Below are positions 57,237 through 64,000 of a stretch of DNA of 64,000 bases, in pieces. A program made the translations under genes and the position numbers. The notes under the pieces are model-generated. The model was not told the DNA's origin. It saw only the letters and a list, made by a program, of their open reading frames with translations, and ran no database searches. Every line of letters starts with the position of its first letter. Positions within the stretch are counted from its first letter, which is position 1. The stretch lies in NCBI GenBank assembly GCA_038060895.1, contig JBBTCT010000017.1, forward strand, positions 1 through 64,000, written 5' to 3'. Source of the stretch: Planctomycetota bacterium (GTDB taxonomy: Bacteria > Planctomycetota > MHYJ01 > WSZJ01).

Positions 57237-57803
57237 TCACCGACTTCGAAGCGATTCCCAATCGGCCGGCGTGTCACAGTCCCACAAGCCACGTTCGCCG
57301 CCGGGCAGCGAAGCGGCATCGACCCTCGCGACTTCGCATTCGCCCCACCACCCCGTCATCCGCCCCTTCCCCTGAAGAGCACGGCCTGCGGCGGGCAGGA
57401 TCCGCCTCGTGTACCAGGCGTGAAGCGGTTCCGGTCCCCGGCGGGTCAGCGGAACCGCCGCATCGAAGCCCTGAAGCCGCCTCCAGAGCGCCAGAACTGC
57501 TGCTGGTTCCACCAGCGGCATGTCGCAGGCCACGGCGAAAATTGCAGGACTCTTCGATTCCAGGAGTGTCGCGTAAAGCCCCGCGAGCGGACCGGAACCG
57601 GCCAGGTCGGGGATGCAGGGGAGGCCAAGCTGCCGGTAGATTCTCGGGTCGCCGGAGACGACGACTCGCTCGAAGACCGGAGCGACCCGCGACGCGACGA
57701 CGGCCGCAAGGGGCCGGCCCTTCCATTCAAGCAGGGCCTTGTCTTGCCCCATCCGCGTCGAGCGTCCGCCGCAGAAAATCACCGCGGTCGCGGGGAGTTT
57801 CAC
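57237..57803 (-). CDS. mobA: Molybdenum cofactor guanylyltransferase
   Basis: GGRSTRMGQDKALL, GPLAG, ACDMP, EPLHAWY. Confidence 0.87.
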   Translation of the reverse strand: MKLPATAVIFCGGRSTRMGQDKALLEWKGRPLAAVVASRVAPVFERVVVSGDPRIYRQLGLPCIPDLAGSGPLAGLYATLLESKSPAIFAVACDMPLVEPAAVLALWRRLQGFDAAVPLTRRGPEPLHAWYTRRILPAAGRALQGKGRMTGWWGECEVARVDAASLPGGERGLWDCDTPADWESLRSR

Positions 57804-58552
57804 TTCGTCTCTCCCTCCGATTCCAGCGCGGCGCCGAGCCGGTCGGCCGCGCGGAACATCGCGGTGCGCAGGGCAATCATGCGAGGGTCAGCGTGGCCCG
57901 GAACCCCCGGAGCCGGTTCCGTCCACTCCTGCGCCTCCGTGACGATGTCCGTCCACACCAGCTGGGCGTCCTTCCCGAACACCGACGCCTCGAGCCGCAC
58001 AACGATGGCCGGGCGGGCACGGACCTCCAGGCTGAAGGTGGCAATGACGCGCAGAAAGTGTTCCGTGCCGTGCATGGCACGGAGCGCAATGCACGTCGCC
58101 GGGTCGTGCAGGTCGAGCACGCGCGTCCCCGGCGGAACCGGAATCAGCCCCGGGCGGTCTTCGGCTTTCAACGGCTCCCATGCCGATGCCGGGGCGACGG
58201 CACAGCCAAAGGACTTCCCTTTCAACCGCTTCAGCCGCTCTTCGAGGATCGACCTCAATTCCGCGCCCGCGCTTCCCGCGTCCGGCGGCACGTGTGGAGA
58301 TCCCGGGAGGGACTCGCTGCGCGCCCCGAAGGATGCCAGTGCGAGCGCAGGAATCTTGCGCACCCGCTGGTCCGCTTCCCCGCGGCCGCGATGAGCCAGC
58401 CAGACGACCGCGCCCGCGTAGGCGGCCGCGGCGGTCAGCAGGACTCCCGCGCAACCCGCGAGTCGCATGCCCCGTGGCCCGTCCGCCTTCGGCGGCGCCG
58501 GCCGGTAAATGACCGTGCTCCGGCCTTGCTTCGATTCTTCGCCGTCTGCCAT
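57800..58552 (-). CDS. Hypothetical single-TM protein
   Basis: Fills the kbl-mobA gap with a 4-nt overlap to mobA; N-terminal TM helix. Confidence 0.6.
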   Translation of the reverse strand: MADGEESKQGRSTVIYRPAPPKADGPRGMRLAGCAGVLLTAAAAYAGAVVWLAHRGRGEADQRVRKIPALALASFGARSESLPGSPHVPPDAGSAGAELRSILEERLKRLKGKSFGCAVAPASAWEPLKAEDRPGLIPVPPGTRVLDLHDPATCIALRAMHGTEHFLRVIATFSLEVRARPAIVVRLEASVFGKDAQLVWTDIVTEAQEWTEPAPGVPGHADPRMIALRTAMFRAADRLGAALESEGETK

Positions 58553-58582
58553 GCGGCCTCGAGAGGGTTACGTCCTTCCGGA

Positions 58583-59770
58583 TTACTTGACGACGCCGTG
58601 CTTCTTTCCCACTTTCGCGAACGCTTCCAGCGCGCGGTCCAGTTGAGGCCGCGTATGCCCGGCGCTGATCTGGACGCGAATGCGCGCCTGCCCCTTCGGA
58701 ACGACCGGATAGGAGAAACCAATGACGTAAATCCCTTCCGCCAGCAGATCCTTCGCCATGCCCCCCGCCAGCTTCGCGTCGCCCAGCAGGATCGGGACGA
58801 TGGGCGTGAAGCCCGGCCGGATCTGGAATCCCGCCGCCGTGATTTTTTCGCGGAAGTGCTTCGTGTTCGCTTCCAGCCGGTCCCGCAGCTCCGTCGTTTT
58901 CGACAGCAGGTCGAACGCAGTGATGGAGGCTTCCACGACCGAGGGAGGAAGTGAGTTCGAAAAAAGGTACGGGCGCGAACGCTGGCGAAGGTAGTCCACG
59001 ACTTCTTTGCGGGCGGATGTGAAGCCGCCGAGGGCGCCGCCCAGGGCTTTGCCGAGAGTCGAAGTGGTGATGTCCACGCGGCCGATGACGCCGTGATGTT
59101 CGGGCGTGCCGCGGCCTGTCTTGCCGATGAACCCGGTGGCGTGCGAATCGTCGACCATGACGGCCGCGCCGTGCTTCTCCGCGAGATCGCAGATGTCCCG
59201 GAGAGGAGCGACATCCCCGTCCATGGAGAAGACTCCGTCGGTCGCGACCAGCCGGTTGCGTGCGCCTGCCGCCGCCTTGAGCTGCGCCTCGAGATCGTTC
59301 ATGTCGGCGTGCTTGTAGCGTAAGCGCTGGGCCTTGCAGAGGCGGACGCCGTCGATGATGGAAGCATGGTTCAGTTCGTCGCTGATGACGGCGTCTTCCT
59401 CGCCGAGGATGGTCTCGAACAGACCGCCATTGGCGTCGAAACAGGACGAGTAGAGGATGGCGTCATCCATCGAGAAGAACTTCGCGATTCGCTCCTCGAG
59501 CACGCGGTGGCGGTCTTGCGTGCCGCATATGAAGCGGACGCTGGACATGCCATATCCGCGCTGGTCGAGCCCGCGGTGGGCGGCGGCGATCAACTCGGGG
59601 TGCGAGGAAAGGCCGAGGTAGTTGTTCGCGCAGAAATTCAGGACTTCTTTGCCGCCAACGCCGATCGAGGCGCCCTGCGGCGTGGCGATGATGCGCTCTT
59701 CCTTGTATGTCCCGGCTTCACGGATGGCGGCCAGGTCGGTGGCAAGTCGGTCGCGGAGAGGCTTGTCCAT
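58583..59770 (-). CDS. kbl: 2-amino-3-ketobutyrate CoA ligase (glycine C-acetyltransferase)
   Basis: [49 protein letters not shown]. Confidence 0.95.
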   Translation of the reverse strand: MDKPLRDRLATDLAAIREAGTYKEERIIATPQGASIGVGGKEVLNFCANNYLGLSSHPELIAAAHRGLDQRGYGMSSVRFICGTQDRHRVLEERIAKFFSMDDAILYSSCFDANGGLFETILGEEDAVISDELNHASIIDGVRLCKAQRLRYKHADMNDLEAQLKAAAGARNRLVATDGVFSMDGDVAPLRDICDLAEKHGAAVMVDDSHATGFIGKTGRGTPEHHGVIGRVDITTSTLGKALGGALGGFTSARKEVVDYLRQRSRPYLFSNSLPPSVVEASITAFDLLSKTTELRDRLEANTKHFREKITAAGFQIRPGFTPIVPILLGDAKLAGGMAKDLLAEGIYVIGFSYPVVPKGQARIRVQISAGHTRPQLDRALEAFAKVGKKHGVVK

Positions 59771-59916
59771 CGGGGTGAAGCTCCAGGGAGAAGTTGAAAC
59801 CCAGTTTATGTGAATCGAATGGGAGCGTCGAGAAGCGGGGCCGGAGCGGGGCTTGCCCTCAAATTCAGAAGTAGTGGAGCGTCAGGTTTGATTGTGGAAG
59901 TTCGCTATTCCGGGAA

Positions 59917-59961
59917 GTGCCTCGTGCCTGGTGCCTGGCGTGAAAAGTCGCACCAGGCACG
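59917..59961. repeat. GTGCCTN heptamer x3 with an inverted copy
   Basis: GTGCCTC GTGCCTG GTGCCTG; 59923-59934 is complementary to 59950-59961. Confidence 0.65.
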
Positions 59962-59996
59962 CCTTCATGACCCCCTGAAACAAGCTTGACGTTCCA

Positions 59997-61427
59997 CTAG
60001 TAGTTCTTCAAAACCCATTCCTTCCACTTCTGGTCGATCTCCTTGTATCCATCCCCTCCAAACGCCTGCTTCAACGCCTCCTCCTGCTTCATCTCCCCGG
60101 CCTGCAACTGCAGGAACTCCATGAACTCCTTCTTCCTGGCCGTCAGCATGTAGTCCACCAGGCTCCACGCCTTGCACCCCTTCTTCGCGTTCAGTGAGTT
60201 GATGTGCCCTTCCATCACTTCGACAATGTCCGGGTTTGCGTTCGTCGCGAGCATCTCCTTGATCAGCTCCTTCCAGTCCAGCACGTTGTCCCAGCTCTTC
60301 CCCGCCGCCCCTCCCCCGGACAACGCGAACTGGATGCAGTGCGTGTCCGCCGACTTCAGGAGCCGGTCCGTGAACCAGTACGACAGCCCCTCGCGCAACC
60401 ATGCCTCAGCGCCGCCGCCGATCCAGAACACGAACATGTGATGAATCGTGTCGTGCGCGCAGACGTCCTTCACGTAGCGCCAGGTCCCACCTCCCTGCGA
60501 ACACTCGGTCGTGTGCGCCGGGTGGTACTGGGTGATGCCGCCCATCCCCTTATGGTTCCCCTTGTCCTTGATCTCCTCGTTCGTGTCGATGTACTTGTCG
60601 TGCTGCTCGGCGGTCTTGACGAAGAGCATGTCCACCGACTGGTCGAAGTCCTCGTCCTTCAACTCGAACGTCTCGAGAAATGACGCCCGGGCGCCCTCGG
60701 CGCAGTGCACGAGTTCCTTGATTTCGGCGTCGGTGTAGAAGCCCTCGACAAAGAAGTGCTTCGAGCGGCGTTTCGTCAGTTTCCACCCTGTCCGGCTCTC
60801 CACGGTGCTGGTTTCCGTGGCGGGTTCACCGTCGTCCGCGCCGGCGATTTTTTTGCCTCCTGCCTTGCGCTTTTCGACGTCCTCGGGCGGCACCCAACGA
60901 CCGTCCTGTTTCTCGTACCCGAGTCCTTTGCGCGCCTTCTCGTGATTCTCGTCGTATTCGATGACGAGCTTCCAGGACTGCTTTTCTTCGTCCGCCAGCT
61001 TGTTCTTCACGGCAAAGTCGCCGGTTCCTTCCAGTTCCTTCACGACCTTCGCGTAGGCGGTCTTGCGCTTCTCGCCCAGCGCCGTCATCGCCGATTCAAT
61101 TTCGCTTTCCTTCCCCTCATTCTTTTTCTTCACGGTCGCTTTCGGGTCGTCGATCCAGACGCCGCCCTCGTTCATCTTCCCGAGTCCCTTCTGCGCATCC
61201 GCGTTGTTCGGGTCGAGCGTCGCGGCCTTTCCGTTGTCCTCCAGCGCCACCGCGTAGAGCTTGCGGCTCCAGGCGATCTTTGCGAGCCCCGCGTGCTCCT
61301 TCGCCGCGTTCTTAACGGCCGTGTCCCACTTCTTCTGCCACTCCGCCTTCGGGTCGGGCGCGTCCCCGGCGAGCGCAAGGACGGAGAACAAGAGCGCGAC
61401 GGCGGCTGGCAGCGTGCGGATTCTCAT
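59997..61427 (-). CDS. Secreted gluzincin-like (DUF1570-like) protein, paralog 1
   Basis: Signal peptide; DPNNADAQKGLG; HDTIH...WLREG. Confidence 0.75.
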   Translation of the reverse strand: MRIRTLPAAVALLFSVLALAGDAPDPKAEWQKKWDTAVKNAAKEHAGLAKIAWSRKLYAVALEDNGKAATLDPNNADAQKGLGKMNEGGVWIDDPKATVKKKNEGKESEIESAMTALGEKRKTAYAKVVKELEGTGDFAVKNKLADEEKQSWKLVIEYDENHEKARKGLGYEKQDGRWVPPEDVEKRKAGGKKIAGADDGEPATETSTVESRTGWKLTKRRSKHFFVEGFYTDAEIKELVHCAEGARASFLETFELKDEDFDQSVDMLFVKTAEQHDKYIDTNEEIKDKGNHKGMGGITQYHPAHTTECSQGGGTWRYVKDVCAHDTIHHMFVFWIGGGAEAWLREGLSYWFTDRLLKSADTHCIQFALSGGGAAGKSWDNVLDWKELIKEMLATNANPDIVEVMEGHINSLNAKKGCKAWSLVDYMLTARKKEFMEFLQLQAGEMKQEEALKQAFGGDGYKEIDQKWKEWVLKNY

Positions 61428-61470
61428 GGTCCTGCTCCTGATGGTTCGCGACGGGATTGGGCCGGCGCGC

Positions 61471-62898
61471 TCAATACTTCTCCCGGACGTATCGTTCCCA
61501 TAGAACATCCAGCTCGCCCAGTGTATTCACGCCGAGCGACGTTTTCACCGCGTCCTCCGGTTTACTTCCGCTTCGCAACTCGCCGATCAGCGCGTGGAAC
61601 TCCTTCTTCCTCTCCTCCACGAGCCACTCGACCACGCTCCATGCCTTCATCGAACGCCGCATGTTCATCCCGCTCAGGTCGCCCGACAGCAACTCCCGCA
61701 TGTCCGGGTCCTGCCCCAGCCGCTCCATCTTTTTCACTTCGGCTTTCCATCCCCGCATGTCCTCGTGGCTGCGCCCGCCTCCGGCCGACGTCGAAAACCC
61801 GGAGCAGTACACCTTCGCCGTCTTCAACATCCGGTCCGTCACCCAGTATGAAATCCCCTCGTACAGCCAGGCGGGGTACGGGAAGCGGGCGAAATGCTGG
61901 CAGAAGAGAATATGCACGGACATGTGAGCGACCAGGTCCCGGACGTAATCCCAGTCCTTGCCTCCTTGCCAGCCTGCGAAGCCCAGCGGACCGAGAACCG
62001 GATACCCCGCCGCGGCCGAGTACGCTTTCTTGTCCTGCTCCCGGATCGCAGGGTCCACCTTCACGTAGCGCCCGTAGGTCTCTTGTTCCTTGAACACCCT
62101 GGCGTGAATGATCGAAGGAAAATCCTCCGCTCCGCCATCGATCATTTCGAGGAAGAGCGAGCGCGCCGCCTCCGCGACCTGCACGAGCTCCGCGATCTGC
62201 GCGTCGGTGTAAGGGCCCTCGATTAAAAAGTGAGTGCTGCGGCGCTTCGAATGCGACACGCCCAGCGCGGTTTCGACCTCCGACTTCTCCGTCACGGCCT
62301 CGCCTTTCGGCGCGTCTTTCAGTTTCTTCGCTCCCGCCTCGCGCTTCGCGATGTCCTCCGGCGGAACCCACATGTCGCCTTCCTTCACATGGGCCAGCCC
62401 GAGGTGCGCCTTTTCGCTCTCGGAGTCGTAGCGATCTACGATCTGCTGCCAGAGTCCCGCGGCTTCCTGCTTCAGCCCGTTCTTCTGCGCCCACTCCGCC
62501 AGCGTCGTGAAGTCTTTCGCGAGCTTCTTCGCCGCCTCCGCGCGCTTCTTCTCAATCTCCTCCAGCAGTCCCGGCACATCCGCCCCGGGCGCCTCGGAGC
62601 CCTTCTTCGGCGGCGACTTCGGGTCGCTCACCCACGCGCCGTCCTCCAGCTTTTTCCCGAGCCCCTTCTGCGCGTCAGCGTTGTTCGGGTCCAACTCGGC
62701 GGCACGGGCGTACTCGGGAAAGGCCTCGTTGTGCAGTTTTTTGGAAGTCGCCCATTTCCCGATCGCGGCGTGCTCCTTCGCCGCCTTCTGGCCGAGAATC
62801 TCGAGCTTCTTCGGCCACTCGGTTTTCGGGTCCGCGGGCGTCTCCGCGAGCGCTCTCGTCGCGAACATGGCCAGCAGCACCACGCTACGAATTGTCAC
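61471..62898 (-). CDS. Secreted gluzincin-like protein, paralog 2
   Basis: Collinear with paralog 1 (DPNNADAQKGLG, KRRS.HF, KAWS.V); HMSVH...WLYEG. Confidence 0.75.
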   Translation of the reverse strand: MTIRSVVLLAMFATRALAETPADPKTEWPKKLEILGQKAAKEHAAIGKWATSKKLHNEAFPEYARAAELDPNNADAQKGLGKKLEDGAWVSDPKSPPKKGSEAPGADVPGLLEEIEKKRAEAAKKLAKDFTTLAEWAQKNGLKQEAAGLWQQIVDRYDSESEKAHLGLAHVKEGDMWVPPEDIAKREAGAKKLKDAPKGEAVTEKSEVETALGVSHSKRRSTHFLIEGPYTDAQIAELVQVAEAARSLFLEMIDGGAEDFPSIIHARVFKEQETYGRYVKVDPAIREQDKKAYSAAAGYPVLGPLGFAGWQGGKDWDYVRDLVAHMSVHILFCQHFARFPYPAWLYEGISYWVTDRMLKTAKVYCSGFSTSAGGGRSHEDMRGWKAEVKKMERLGQDPDMRELLSGDLSGMNMRRSMKAWSVVEWLVEERKKEFHALIGELRSGSKPEDAVKTSLGVNTLGELDVLWERYVREKY

Positions 62899-64000
62899 GG
62901 ACCCACGCCTCCCATTTGGCCTGGATCGCATCATAGTCTTTGGCGCCGAGCGTTTCGAAAAGCGCGTCGGTTTCGTCTTCTTTCCCGGCCACCCGCTTCA
63001 CGAATTGCCGGAAGAGCTCCGGCTGCGACGCCAGGAACGAAACAAAGCTCCAGGAGACGATGTTCTTGTCCAGGTCGAGGTCGTCGGCGTGCGCGCGGAA
63101 GACGGACCGAAGCGACGGCGCCGAAGCTTCGCGCAGCCGCGCGCGCAGCCGGGCCCGCCAGCCCGCCGTCGAGGGCGATCGGTCGTCTCCGATCGTGTTC
63201 CCCATGAGATCGGTGCAACGCGCGAGCGCCGATCCGGTCAGCCGGTCCGTGAACCAGAGCGCGAATCCTTCGCTCAGCCACGGCGCGGGCTTGGCAATTC
63301 CCCAGGTCCCCTGGAAGAGCATGTGCGCCGCGATGTGGATCGAGGCCTCCCGGTGATACTCGGGAAACTCCCCCTTCGTCCAGAGCTCGAACACGATCGA
63401 GGGAGTGAAAGTCGTCCAACCGCCCAGCGACTTGTATGTCTCCCGCTCATCCTCGGACATCGGAGTGCACTTCTCCAGAAACCTGGCGTGCTCCGCGTTG
63501 CTCGTCAGAAAAACACCGGTCATCCCCGCAGGCCGCAGCTGTTCGTCAGGCGCCAGCAGCTCAAACATCAGCGTCCGCGTCGCTTCCGCGCCGCGAAGCC
63601 ACTTTGCCAGTTGCTCCTGCGTGGCACGGCCTTCAAACGTGAAGTGCGCCGACCGGCGGCGCTCGAACTTCGCCTCCATGGGAGCCGTCACCTCGGACGC
63701 CTCTTTCACCGCCTTGCCGCCGTCCCCGCTTTCCAGCAGATCGAGCGCAGCCTTCCTGGAAGCAGCCTCCGCCTCGGGATACCAGCGCCCTCCGGCCTCC
63801 TTCCAGCCGATTGCCTCACACGCGTCGGCATTGCCGGGATCGAAGAGGCGTACCAGCGTCCAGAGCCGCTTCGCGCGCTCCTTGAACCCTTTCTCGGTCG
63901 TCCAGAGCGCCAGCGGGACGAGATCCCGCTCGGCCGCCGAAACGATCCCCAGGCGCTTCTTCCTGTAAGTGTCGAGAGCTTCACCGATCTCCTTCGTATC
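62885..64000 (-). CDS. Gluzincin-like protein, paralog 3 (5' end outside the window)
   Basis: Frame stays open to 64000; DPGNADACEAIG, RRSAHF, HIAAH...WLSEG. Confidence 0.72.
   Translation of the reverse strand, partial: DTKEIGEALDTYRKKRLGIVSAAERDLVPLALWTTEKGFKERAKRLWTLVRLFDPGNADACEAIGWKEAGGRWYPEAEAASRKAALDLLESGDGGKAVKEASEVTAPMEAKFERRRSAHFTFEGRATQEQLAKWLRGAEATRTLMFELLAPDEQLRPAGMTGVFLTSNAEHARFLEKCTPMSEDERETYKSLGGWTTFTPSIVFELWTKGEFPEYHREASIHIAAHMLFQGTWGIAKPAPWLSEGFALWFTDRLTGSALARCTDLMGNTIGDDRSPSTAGWRARLRARLREASAPSLRSVFRAHADDLDLDKNIVSWSFVSFLASQPELFRQFVKRVAGKEDETDALFETLGAKDYDAIQAKWEAWVRDNS

Noticed and set aside
63706-63984. Separate 92-aa ORF or frameshift at the window end
   Set aside because: The paralog-3 frame is open to 64000 and aligns with paralogs 1 and 2

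Overview
High-GC bacterial chromosomal segment, probably Planctomycetota (inferred from the many HEAT, TPR, zinc-ribbon, prenyltransferase-fold and ECF/anti-sigma genes). It holds about 53 densely packed CDS. Housekeeping genes include dnaE, thiL, tsaE, citrate synthase, kbl, pabB/pabC, mobA, nnrE, natAB, an amidase and an OGG1-type glycosylase. I saw no rRNA, tRNA, CRISPR array or transposase. The main accessory element is a complete retron at about 32941-34384 on the minus strand. It has a promoter, an msr-msd ncRNA with a1/a2 repeats, a branch G in an Ec86-like UUAGCG context and a two-armed msd, then an extra 121-nt near-perfect hairpin, then a retron RT with an amphipathic N-terminal extension. 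No effector gene is adjacent, and it sits directly upstream of dnaE. Other oddities: a MamK-like actin with a degenerate phosphate-1 motif, a REP-like tandem element inserted in frame in a gene, several long or heptamer-periodic intergenic palindromes, a recurring 26-bp intergenic motif, two candidate structured ncRNAs, and three tandem gluzincin-like paralogs lacking the catalytic Glu. All calls come from reading motifs by eye; no searches were run.
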